In this document: one piece after another, positions 6,413-13,967 of the stretch
Position numbering within the stretch: the stretch's first letter is position 1
Layout: the number at the start of each line of letters is the position of its first letter
IMG/VR virus record: IMGVR_UViG_3300014572_000008
Strand: one strand, 5' to 3'
Length of the DNA: 46,407 bases
Source of the DNA: a virus
Notes under the pieces: generated by a model
Databases searched by the model: none
Told to the model about the DNA's origin: nothing
Seen by the model: only the letters and a program-made list of their open reading frames with translations
Made by a program: the position numbers and the translations under genes

Positions 6413-7174
6413 TCAGCAGCCGCACCCCTGATTGCAGCCACAGCCGCCATAGCCGCTACCAGCCCACGGGTTACAGGTAATGTAAGCGGGGGAAGGGCAC
6501 GGACGCAGCTGCGAAATGAGGTAGTTGTTCTGCGCGGCCTGAGATGCCGCCAGCTTCAGATTCTGATTCTCGGTCTGGAGGTCGGACAGCTTGCTTTGCG
6601 TCAGGAAGTCGAGGATGGCGCGGCTGTTCTGGTTGTTCGCGTCAATGATGTCGCGCGTGGCGTTCTGCACGGTGTTGCGCGTGTCACACGCCTGCGTCGC
6701 CATGTCGTAGCGCACCTGGGCGATAGCTGCACGGTTTTCGCAGCAGCAATCTGCGGCCTGCATCTGCATGGCGTTGAGCTGCTGCATGAGAGCTGCCTGC
6801 TGGTTGCAGCGGGAAAGCTCGGCATTCTGGAAACCGCTGTTCATGTTCTGATTGACGCCCGCAAAGCCGTTCAGCAGCGTAGTGTTCATGGCGTAGAAGC
6901 CATCGCAGATGCCCTGCTGCGTAATGTCGCTTTTACGTTCGATCGTCGATGCTGCGCTGTCGATCTGGCGCTGAAGAGTGGCAAAATCACTTGCAAGGAC
7001 GTAATTGTCAGCAGCACCGCTGTTGCCGTTGTTTCCCCAGCCGCAGAAAACAAACAGGAAAAGAATGATGATCCACCACGCGCCATCGCCGCCGAAGCCG
7101 CCAAAGCCGCTGTTCATCATGCCGGTTGGCGCAACAGGCATAGTGGCCTGAACGCCGCCGTCAGAAAGAGACAT
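6413..7174 (-). CDS. Membrane protein: Gly-rich YjcZ-like N-terminus + TM, Gln/Asn-rich helical body, Cys-rich C-terminus
   Basis: GFGGFGGDGAWWIIILFLFVFCGWGNNGNSG; internal CCCENR; C-terminus SGYGGCGCNQGCGC; AAGGAG before ATG 7174. Confidence 0.75.
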   Translation of the reverse strand: MSLSDGGVQATMPVAPTGMMNSGFGGFGGDGAWWIIILFLFVFCGWGNNGNSGAADNYVLASDFATLQRQIDSAASTIERKSDITQQGICDGFYAMNTTLLNGFAGVNQNMNSGFQNAELSRCNQQAALMQQLNAMQMQAADCCCENRAAIAQVRYDMATQACDTRNTVQNATRDIIDANNQNSRAILDFLTQSKLSDLQTENQNLKLAASQAAQNNYLISQLRPCPSPAYITCNPWAGSGYGGCGCNQGCGC

Positions 7175-7240
7175 AGTATCACTCCTTTGAAAAATTTTTA
7201 TTCATCAAATCGTGGCCACGATGTTGATTTATGTTGATGA

Positions 7241-7453
7241 TTACTGCATCAGGCTTTGAAACTGCTTCGCCATCTGCTGTAGCTGATTGAGCTGCTGCTG
7301 GTTTAGCTTACCACTCTGCAAGAGCTTTTCGACCTCGGCTTTGGGGTCGCCCTTGAAATTTGCTTTGAACTGGTTGAACTGCTGCACCATCTGTGCAAAA
7401 TTGCCCATCGGCATCTGCCCGCCGCCCAGCGCGGCCATAAACGGATTACTCAT
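7241..7453 (-). CDS. Small Gln-rich hypothetical protein
   Basis: 70 aa; ATG overlaps upstream stop (ATGAGTAA); ...LNQQQLNQLQQMAKQFQSLMQ. Confidence 0.6.
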   Translation of the reverse strand: MSNPFMAALGGGQMPMGNFAQMVQQFNQFKANFKGDPKAEVEKLLQSGKLNQQQLNQLQQMAKQFQSLMQ

Positions 7454-7895
7454 CGTCTTCGTCCTCCTCGGCCTTGCGTTTCTTTTTGCCCTTTATTTCG
7501 CCCACAAGAGCCGCCAGCGCGTCAAACTCTTTACGGGTGACAAATTCCATGCCCTTTCCCTGCGGAGATGTACGGGGCGTCTCTGCGCGCTCTACAAGGT
7601 CGTAAATCTTGAGAGTCGGCTTCCCGCTTGCATCCGCCTGCTTGAGATACACAGTCGGCGCGGTAGAATCCCACAGCGCCACAGCGGAGTTGGGCGCGAT
7701 GAGATAACCCCTTGCCTCCTGCTCGCCGTTTACCCACTGCACACCGCTCTGCGCGATGGGGTTCTGTTGCACTGGCTGCGACATAGGCTGCTGCATGGGC
7801 TGCATCTGTGGCTGCTGCATCTGCCGCATCTGCATGAGGTTATCCGGCATCGGCTGCGGATAATAGGGATTGAAATAGGGATATGCCATGTTCAT
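7446..7895 (-). CDS. Hypothetical protein: Pro/Gln/Met-rich N-terminus, globular core, acidic/basic tail
   Basis: PYFNPYYPQPMPDNLMQMRQMQQPQMQPMQQP...; core GEQEARGYLIAPNSAVALWDSTAPTVYLK; ATG 7895 overlaps upstream TGA (ATGA); alternative ATG 7889. Confidence 0.7.
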   Translation of the reverse strand: MNMAYPYFNPYYPQPMPDNLMQMRQMQQPQMQPMQQPMSQPVQQNPIAQSGVQWVNGEQEARGYLIAPNSAVALWDSTAPTVYLKQADASGKPTLKIYDLVERAETPRTSPQGKGMEFVTRKEFDALAALVGEIKGKKKRKAEEDEDDE

Positions 7896-8278
7896 TCCTC
7901 CGTTTCTTTTACCCAGTAATAAAGCGGGATTTCGTTCTCGCTATTCCAGCTGTCATAGATCGTCCCATCCTGCACGCACACTACATGCCCAGAGAGGGCG
8001 AGAATATACGTCCCGCGCGGGTGCTCATCGGCAAACCTGCCGACCGTGTAGCAGTCCGGGCAGGTGTTCGGCATCACGTTCCGGGTAAAACCATGCTGCC
8101 GTAGGTATGCACCCCATACACTGTTTGCGCTCGGCAGATCTCCCATGATGAGTCCTTGCAGGCACAATCCGATATACACCTCGTCCCAGCTCTTCCCGGT
8201 CGCCTTTGCGATGGCCCGGACGGTGCAGTCCCCGACCTTCTGCCCGGCGGGGTTTGGATTAAAATAAGAAAAGCCCAT
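7892..8278 (-). CDS. Putative papain-fold cysteine peptidase-like protein
   Basis: 128 aa from ATG 8278 (AGGAG upstream; track ORF longer); candidate Cys in VGDCTVRAIAKATG and His in LSGHVVCVQDGTIYDSW; fold call is inference. Confidence 0.6.
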   Translation of the reverse strand: MGFSYFNPNPAGQKVGDCTVRAIAKATGKSWDEVYIGLCLQGLIMGDLPSANSVWGAYLRQHGFTRNVMPNTCPDCYTVGRFADEHPRGTYILALSGHVVCVQDGTIYDSWNSENEIPLYYWVKETEE

Positions 8279-8361
8279 ACCGAACACTCCTTTGTGTGTC
8301 CAGTATGGGCCTTTTTGCGGCTTCTTGTGCCTCAGTTGTGTATCAATTTGGTTCAAAATTT

Positions 8362-8386
8362 AAGCCCGCGGTTATTCCACGGGCTT
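8362..8386 (-). terminator. Weak terminator candidate after the HTH gene
   Basis: AAGCCCG / CGGGCTT 7-bp stem; minus strand continues AAATTTT. Confidence 0.4.
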
Positions 8387-8394
8387 AGTTTTTG

Positions 8395-8736
8395 TTATCG
8401 TTCGTTTACAGCCAGAATCTCCGCCGCCATCGCGGCCACATACGGCGGGCATCCACGCCGTCCGCCGCACCAGTCCTGCACGGTGCGCAGCGGGATTCCA
8501 AAATACTGCGCAAATCCGGTCTGCGTCAGGCCGTATTTTTTGATCACATCCGGGATCGTGCAGTGCGCGCCGTCCCAGATCCCGCCGAGCAGCGCCAGCC
8601 GCTCCGCCAGAATCTCTTCGTCTTCGGCATCGCCCCAGACGCTGGACAGCGCCATATCGGAGATGTAGGAGTCGCGGTCGGTGTATGCACCGGTTTCGGC
8701 GTAGAGGGCGGAGCGGATAAAGGGTGTGAGTTTCAT
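8395..8736 (-). CDS. HTH DNA-binding protein (Aca-like autoregulator candidate)
   Basis: 113 aa; C-terminal HTH KKYGLTQTGFAQYFGIPLRTVQDWCGG; GGAGG before ATG 8736; last gene of the 9877-8395 operon. Confidence 0.8.
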   Translation of the reverse strand: MKLTPFIRSALYAETGAYTDRDSYISDMALSSVWGDAEDEEILAERLALLGGIWDGAHCTIPDVIKKYGLTQTGFAQYFGIPLRTVQDWCGGRRGCPPYVAAMAAEILAVNER

Positions 8737-8748
8737 TTTTCGATCCTC

Positions 8749-9285
8749 CTATACTGATGAATTTTGCTGCATGAGCGCGTCCCAGCTGGCCCAGAGTTCG
8801 CGGTTGCAAGGTTCGCCGTGCAGCGAATCGAGAATATCAGCAACTTCTGCCGGGCTTTGATAGTACAGGACGCACGTTTCGCCGGTCTGCGTGCGCTGAA
8901 ATTGCAGCTTTTTCGGCCCTGCCGAAAAATGCGAGGATATTTGCGTTAAAAGCTCAGGCTGCCCGTAAACCCGCAGCCGTGGCGTCCTGGTGGGCTTGCC
9001 ACGTACCTTGTGCGGCCAGAGATCAAGGCAAGCTTGCAGCTCCACCACACCGCGGCAAAATCCCTGCCAATCCGTCACGTCGGCGAGGGACGGGAGAAGA
9101 TGCACCTTCGCGGATTTCACAACCCAAAAGTCTTTCTTCCCGTCTGCACGGTGCTGGAGGTATGGCGCAGTAGGGAAAAGCTCGGCAACCGCGTTGATGT
9201 ACCACCGATCAACACAGCGGACAAGGAACTTGCCGCAGGTATCAACGCCGAGCAGCATGAGGATCGCTTGCTGATAGCCGTTCAA
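8749..9285 (-). CDS. Hypothetical protein (178 aa)
   Basis: Starts at TTG 9285 overlapping upstream TGA (TTGA); no domain recognised; alternative ATG 9258 lacks an RBS. Confidence 0.6.
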   Translation of the reverse strand: MNGYQQAILMLLGVDTCGKFLVRCVDRWYINAVAELFPTAPYLQHRADGKKDFWVVKSAKVHLLPSLADVTDWQGFCRGVVELQACLDLWPHKVRGKPTRTPRLRVYGQPELLTQISSHFSAGPKKLQFQRTQTGETCVLYYQSPAEVADILDSLHGEPCNRELWASWDALMQQNSSV

Positions 9286-9641
9286 TCGTCCTCTTCCCCC
9301 AAATCTGCACGAAGTTCATCGGCCCATGCTTCTATTTCCGCCCGGCAGTGGGCCGCGTACTCCTCATACGTTTCGAAGTCCCCGATAATGTATCGGATAT
9401 TGGTAAGCCTGTAGATTTCGAATGTATGGATATCCGCAAAACGGTCCGCGATCTTATGCCCTTGTAAGTTCTTATCGTAAGGTTCGTCTCCTACTGGAGC
9501 CATAACCTTCGCCAGAATTTCCGTTTGTTCCTCATACCATGCGTTGCGCTCTTCCTGCGTCGAAAACCGCATCGGTTCCTGTGCGCGGCCTGCGTCGCGC
9601 CCGGCCTCCATGATTCTAGTGATTTCCTCTACGTTCGTCAT
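9282..9641 (-). CDS. Acidic hypothetical protein (119 aa)
   Basis: ATG 9641 with GGAGGG 7 nt upstream (track ORF starts earlier); Asp/Glu-rich, ends ADELRADLGEEDD. Confidence 0.65.
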   Translation of the reverse strand: MTNVEEITRIMEAGRDAGRAQEPMRFSTQEERNAWYEEQTEILAKVMAPVGDEPYDKNLQGHKIADRFADIHTFEIYRLTNIRYIIGDFETYEEYAAHCRAEIEAWADELRADLGEEDD

Positions 9642-9658
9642 CTGTAGTTCCCTCCGTT

Positions 9659-9877
9659 TCAAATTCTATCGCCGTAAACCTGCACACGCTCCCACACGTC
9701 TTCGGGGATGTTGTGCTCAACCTTGCCGAAGTACCATGCGGCAAGCATACTGCCGTCGCTGTCGCGGCTTTCCTTGTTCGCAAGCGCCAGAAGACGGTAT
9801 GCATAATCGGAACGATGGTTGAAAATGATCTGGCCGTTCTCGTCGGTGACTTTGTAAAAGTATTTGTACTGTTTCAT
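9659..9877 (-). CDS. Small hypothetical protein (72 aa), first gene of the cargo operon
   Basis: GGGAGGG RBS before ATG 9877; about 45 nt downstream of the consensus promoter. Confidence 0.65.
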   Translation of the reverse strand: MKQYKYFYKVTDENGQIIFNHRSDYAYRLLALANKESRDSDGSMLAAWYFGKVEHNIPEDVWERVQVYGDRI

Positions 9878-9921
9878 TTTTGTTCCCTCCCGGCTTTCGC
9901 CTTGCTTTATCTTATGGCTTT

Positions 9922-9950
9922 ATTATACACGCAATGCGTGTAATTGTCAA
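9922..9950 (-). promoter_or_regulatory. Perfect sigma-70 consensus promoter with palindromic operator
   Basis: Minus strand TTGACA (9950-9945), 17-nt spacer, TATAAT (9927-9922); perfect 15-bp palindrome ACACGCA-a-TGCGTGT at 9927-9941. Confidence 0.8.
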
Positions 9951-9961
9951 GAGGAAAATGC

Positions 9962-10001
9962 AAAAATTTTTAAAAATAAGCGCCGATTTCTCGGCGCTTA
10001 T
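9962..10001 (-). terminator. Rho-independent terminator closing the late operon
   Basis: ATAAGCGCCGA / TCGGCGCTTAT 11-bp stem, 4-nt loop, long T-run on the minus strand (plus-strand A-run 9962-9975). Confidence 0.8.
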
Positions 10002-10002
10002 C

Positions 10003-10251
10003 TCAGTTATACAGTTTGCTGGATGTCCGCTGCATCTCCCGCATGATCTCCGGCAGGCGGCGCTGGACCGTGGCGCGGCCCAGGAACAGCTCCGTCGCAA
10101 CGTCTACCTGGGGAAGCTTATCCACAAAATAGAGCTGCGCGATCTTCTCATTTTCCCGGCCAAGATTGGCCTGATAGATTACGGCCTCCATATCCTTTCT
10201 GGTCAGCCTGCCCAGCTCTGGCGGCAGCTTGGCCCGCGCCTGCGGCGACAT
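10003..10251 (-). CDS. Sigma-70 region-4-like HTH protein
   Basis: 82 aa; LPQVDVATELFLGRATVQRRLPEIM resembles region 4.2; AAGGAGG before ATG; directly follows the endolysin gene. Confidence 0.65.
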   Translation of the reverse strand: MSPQARAKLPPELGRLTRKDMEAVIYQANLGRENEKIAQLYFVDKLPQVDVATELFLGRATVQRRLPEIMREMQRTSSKLYN

Positions 10252-10264
10252 ACGCCCCGCCTCC

Positions 10265-10975
10265 TTACTTTTCCTTGTGCTTCAGCACGGCAATATTTCC
10301 TTTATTGCCGACTTCGAGATCCAGCGCGGCGGCGATATCGCGCACCTTTACGTAGTTCGTACCGTTTTTCAGGATACGCTCAACGGCGACTTCCTTTCCG
10401 TCGACGATGATCTTGCTCTTTTCTACCATTTCGGTTTCCTCCTCTGCATTTTTTCCATCTTCGAGGGCCATCACGGTATGGCCCTCGCTTACCAGTACGT
10501 CCCCGCGCAGGAGATTCGCGTCCGTCGTCAGATACTTGCTGCCGGTCAGCAGCACAAAATCTCCCGTTGCTGGCCAATCGTGCAGCATACAGTAGGTGGT
10601 GCAGCTGTTGCCCTGCCGACGGTAGAGCGCTTCGACCGACGCGCAGCCTGCAGCCACGGCGCAGAGCATCATGAGCGCGGAGCAGTCCGTCTCCACGGGC
10701 TTTGCGATCCTGCTCACGTCCCACCCGACGGCTCTGGCGGCCTCATACGCCGTGTTCCTGTTGTCCATGTCGTAGCCGATGTTCCGGTTCTTAATGGCCG
10801 CCTCGCACGTCTGCGCGGCCCGCTCGGCCTTTTTGCGGCTCTTGTAGCGCAGGACGCCGAGCCAGCGGCCATTGTACCAGTTGGAGATATTCAGCTCCCG
10901 CCCGGTCTGGTTGCCGGGCTGCTGGTTGCGGCCGCCCGTCTCTCCAAGGCTGGCCTGCCCGATCTTGATGCTCAT
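10265..10975 (-). CDS. Endolysin: NlpC/P60- or CHAP-like catalytic domain + C-terminal wall-binding domain
   Basis: Cys in PVETDCSALMMLC and His in VSEGHTVMAL; C-terminal DGKEVAVERILKNGTNYVKVRDIAAALDLEV resembles copper-amine-oxidase-N-like stalk domains; ATGA overlap with holin stop. Confidence 0.85.
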   Translation of the reverse strand: MSIKIGQASLGETGGRNQQPGNQTGRELNISNWYNGRWLGVLRYKSRKKAERAAQTCEAAIKNRNIGYDMDNRNTAYEAARAVGWDVSRIAKPVETDCSALMMLCAVAAGCASVEALYRRQGNSCTTYCMLHDWPATGDFVLLTGSKYLTTDANLLRGDVLVSEGHTVMALEDGKNAEEETEMVEKSKIIVDGKEVAVERILKNGTNYVKVRDIAAALDLEVGNKGNIAVLKHKEK

Positions 10976-11190
10976 TTCTGCGCATCCTCCTTCGTGGCGT
11001 TGTCAATCGCGTCCTGCGCTTTCTGGCTCTGTGTGCCAAAGTAAAACGCGATCACGACGGTATACACCATCATAAAGTCCTGCGAGATCTTCCCGGCGAC
11101 TGCCATGTACGCAAATACCGCCGTCAGCACCAGCGTGACGATGGATTTGACGCTCAGCAGATTGCCGAGCCGCTTCTTGATGTTTTCCAT
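10972..11190 (-). CDS. Holin (two TM helices)
   Basis: 72 aa from ATG 11190 (GGAG upstream); SIVTLVLTAVFAYMAVAG and FMMVYTVVIAFYFG helices, charged tail; immediately before the endolysin. Confidence 0.8.
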   Translation of the reverse strand: MENIKKRLGNLLSVKSIVTLVLTAVFAYMAVAGKISQDFMMVYTVVIAFYFGTQSQKAQDAIDNATKEDAQK

Positions 11191-11203
11191 ATGTATGCTC
11201 CTT

Positions 11204-11416
11204 TCAGTCCTCTGTTTCGCTTTCGCTTCTCGTCGCAACCGCGTCAGAGATTGCGAGGTTCGCACGAAGCATTGTATCCTCCAACTTTGTCAGGGCGATA
11301 CTTCTATTCCTTCCCGCCGGGAGCTGCATGATGAGCGCCTCCGCTTCTTCAAGCTTCCCCCGAATGCTTTCCGACAGGTGTTTATCCATCGGTTCAAAAT
11401 TCACTCGCTTATACAT
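11204..11416 (-). CDS. Small helical hypothetical protein
   Basis: 70 aa; ...RNRSIALTKLEDTMLRANLAI...; lies in the lysis cassette. Confidence 0.6.
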   Translation of the reverse strand: MYKRVNFEPMDKHLSESIRGKLEEAEALIMQLPAGRNRSIALTKLEDTMLRANLAISDAVATRSESETED

Positions 11417-11438
11417 ATTGTGTACCCCTTTCGTTATT

Positions 11439-11696
11439 CTACCGGATCATTTTTTTTGCAAAAACCCGCTTGAATGCAAGCAGGCCAAGCTCTGTGATGG
11501 TTGCCCAGCCGGTAAAGCCGAGCACGTCGGACAGGTCGACCGACGCGCCGAACTCCGGGCTGTGGATGACTGCAATTAGGACGGCGACGGTTTTCAGAGC
11601 GCAGGCCCAGACAATTACCGTCGTGATGAGCTGGAGCAAATACACGACAATGGTACGCGCCATTTCACCCTTGCTCCATTTGCCTTTTGTCCGCAT
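11439..11696 (-). CDS. Two-TM membrane protein (holin-like or lysis accessory)
   Basis: 85 aa; AAGGAGG before ATG; helices IVVYLLQLITTVIVWACALKTVAVLIAVI and GFTGWATITELGLLAF. Confidence 0.6.
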   Translation of the reverse strand: MRTKGKWSKGEMARTIVVYLLQLITTVIVWACALKTVAVLIAVIHSPEFGASVDLSDVLGFTGWATITELGLLAFKRVFAKKMIR

Positions 11697-11710
11697 ATCT
11701 GCCTCCTTCT

Positions 11711-12055
11711 CTACTGTGCTGCGCTATGCCCGCATTGCGCCTCCAGCTGGTGTAAAAACTTCTTCACGTCGCCGTTTCCGCCCAGGTTGACGTATTTCTG
11801 CCCGGCGATCAGACGCTCGCCCATGGGCATTTCCTCGCTCATGATCGTGAGGCGGAGGATAGCCAGATACTGCTCGTCCTGATGCTCCTGCATTTTCCCG
11901 AGCTTTTTATCGATCTCGGCGAGGTGCGTATCCTGCGATGTGGCCTTTCCGCGCTTTTTCTGTATCGCGCTGACGATGGCATTGACTACCGCCGTCAGCG
12001 CGGACGAGCCGAGCACGGCGCAGACGAGGGTGACGATGATGGTTTTGGTGTCCAT
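11711..12055 (-). CDS. N-terminally membrane-anchored protein
   Basis: 114 aa from ATG 12055 (track ORF longer); MDTKTIIVTLVCAVLGSSALTAVVNAIVSAI then coiled region; first 11 aa identical to those of 13964-14461. Confidence 0.6.
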   Translation of the reverse strand: MDTKTIIVTLVCAVLGSSALTAVVNAIVSAIQKKRGKATSQDTHLAEIDKKLGKMQEHQDEQYLAILRLTIMSEEMPMGERLIAGQKYVNLGGNGDVKKFLHQLEAQCGHSAAQ

Positions 12056-12086
12056 TTTTCTGTACCTTTCTCTTTTATTTGCCGGG

Positions 12087-12512
12087 CTAATCGTCCGCCA
12101 TTTTGATGTAGGTGGTGGTATCGCTGGAATAGCTGATCGTCGGCAGCGTCGTGCCGCCGAGGGCTGCGTAGAGGGCCGGGTATGCAGTCTGGTCGAATGT
12201 TGAGCCATCGCACGCGTGCCACGGGGCGGAGAGGACGCGGACGGTTGTCAGAATATCTCCGACCTCCTTTGCCTCTGTGATCTTGCCAAATGCATCATTC
12301 ACAGTTGGATTCGCAGGTTTCCCGCTCGCGGGCCATATAACGGCTTCCGCTTCGGCCGACAGTAGCGTTTCTCTGTTGAGCGGCGTCCCGGCTTCCAGCG
12401 GCTCGTCTTCCGGGCGGAGCCATGCATACCGCAGCAGATTCCCGCCCGCGTCATACGCCCCGTATCGGACAGCGCCGTTTGCAAGGTTGTTTGTTCCGAT
12501 CCTGTCCCGCAT
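12087..12512 (-). CDS. Short tail-fibre paralog (tail-collar-like)
   Basis: 141 aa; N-terminal about 105 aa align with 12516-13967; collar-like motif WHACDGSTFDQTAYPALYAALGGTTLP; GGAGGA before ATG. Confidence 0.75.
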   Translation of the reverse strand: MRDRIGTNNLANGAVRYGAYDAGGNLLRYAWLRPEDEPLEAGTPLNRETLLSAEAEAVIWPASGKPANPTVNDAFGKITEAKEVGDILTTVRVLSAPWHACDGSTFDQTAYPALYAALGGTTLPTISYSSDTTTYIKMADD

Positions 12513-12515
12513 TGC

Positions 12516-13967
12516 TTATTCCTCCAGTGCCTTGATATAGGCGTGGCTGCGGCTATCAGCTACAATCGTCGGTACCGGTTTCGCCAAGTCTCCATAATTA
12601 CATATGGATATCGCTCCAGCAGCTGGCGGATTCGCTGCCAAAGCAGCAGGCGATAGTGCGCCGCTGAAAATACCGGCAGTCTTGTATATTTGATCTTCCG
12701 GGTCTGAAGCGCTGCAAATATATCGAGTGCTTCCGCCGTCTAGGCGGGCCGTAAATAGCAGGAACCCAGACACAAACTCGAACCCGTATGTGAGATCTAT
12801 GTAGTCTGCTGAGTTTGCGGAGATTACTTCGGCCCCACTATGCCAAGTCGTACTATTATCGATTGTGTAAGCGTACTTTAGCCCCCCATCCTGATATATC
12901 GCAATTATTGTATTTGTGGCCGCGCAGATGTACTTGTGTATTGCCCTCTTTTGTATGCTGCTCGGAATAACTGCGTTTGGAATTGTCCCTATTAGATATT
13001 CCGCGCTATTTCCTCCCAATTCTTCTGCCGAATAAATATTTCTGTCATCCGTCCAGCAAAAATGCCCTGTGCTTTCGTCGTAGCTTGCTGCGTCTACGTA
13101 GTAAATTCTGCTCCAGTTGAATGTGCCAGTATCTTTAAACGCATCCGCGTAAACACCGCCATTGGCAGTTTCGTACGTGTATCTTACGCAATACACATTG
13201 CCGTAGCTTGAGACGTATAATTCCAACTTGGAGCACCTAGAGGAGCCGTTGCTCCATATCCATCCTCCTTCTGTCACGGTTTGCAAATCTTCTGAAATTG
13301 TGTAGTATATGCAGTAGTTGTTTGTTGAAGAAGTTGCGCGTACGATAGCCATGCAATAAACGTTTTTCAGTTCATGATAGCATATTGCAACACCGCCAAT
13401 ATATTCGTTGCTTCCAAGTTCGTGGTTGAACGGATAGTCCGCCCATGTGTCTGCATCATCCGATACATACATATGCATTTTTGCATTCGAGCTATCGTAA
13501 GCAAAGGCGAACCATTTCCCGTTTGTGTACTTTATCCTAGACGTATCTCTATCGACACCTGTTATGCTTTTGCTTGTCCACGGGGCCGGAGACGCCGCAG
13601 GCCGTAAAATGTCGAATAGTTTTGGATACGTAGACTTTGTGATGGCCTGCCCATTGCAGAGCAGCCATGCGTCGGACGGCTTTGCGCGGACCGACATGAG
13701 GATATCACCCACTTTCGACGTGCCTTTCTGCAACTCGACAAGCGCGTCGTTGACGGTCGGGTCTTCCGGCCTCGTGGTTGCTTTCGGCCAGATCTTCGCG
13801 GCGGTTGCATCGGATAGCAGATTTGCCTTGTTAAGGGGCGTTCCCTCGACGGTGGGCGCGTCCTCGCGCTTGAGGTATTCGTAGTGGTTGAGCGTGCCGT
13901 CGGCGTTATAGACGCCGTAGCGGATCGCACCGTTGGCGAGAATTTTTGTGGGTTGTCGATCTGTCAT
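12516..13967 (-). CDS. Tail fibre / receptor-binding protein with large inserted beta-rich domain
   Basis: 483 aa from ATG 13967 (ATGA overlap with upstream stop; track ORF longer); WLLCNGQAITKSTYPKLFDIL collar motif split from the C-terminal ...PVPTIVADSRSHAYIKALEE by about 340 aa; degenerate Asp-box-like YVSDDADTW, YTIDNSTTW. Confidence 0.8.
   Translation of the reverse strand: MTDRQPTKILANGAIRYGVYNADGTLNHYEYLKREDAPTVEGTPLNKANLLSDATAAKIWPKATTRPEDPTVNDALVELQKGTSKVGDILMSVRAKPSDAWLLCNGQAITKSTYPKLFDILRPAASPAPWTSKSITGVDRDTSRIKYTNGKWFAFAYDSSNAKMHMYVSDDADTWADYPFNHELGSNEYIGGVAICYHELKNVYCMAIVRATSSTNNYCIYYTISEDLQTVTEGGWIWSNGSSRCSKLELYVSSYGNVYCVRYTYETANGGVYADAFKDTGTFNWSRIYYVDAASYDESTGHFCWTDDRNIYSAEELGGNSAEYLIGTIPNAVIPSSIQKRAIHKYICAATNTIIAIYQDGGLKYAYTIDNSTTWHSGAEVISANSADYIDLTYGFEFVSGFLLFTARLDGGSTRYICSASDPEDQIYKTAGIFSGALSPAALAANPPAAGAISICNYGDLAKPVPTIVADSRSHAYIKALEE

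Noticed and set aside
6332-7237. 301-aa plus-strand ORF opposite the Gly-rich/Cys-rich membrane protein gene
   Set aside because: Antisense shadow ORF with Arg/Ala/Val-rich low-information sequence and no RBS. The minus-strand frame has a good RBS and coherent features. The same reasoning rejects 10229-11044, 18860-19696, 24332-25048, 24744-25568, 30641-31606, 32185-33153, 40147-41184 and 43499-44326.
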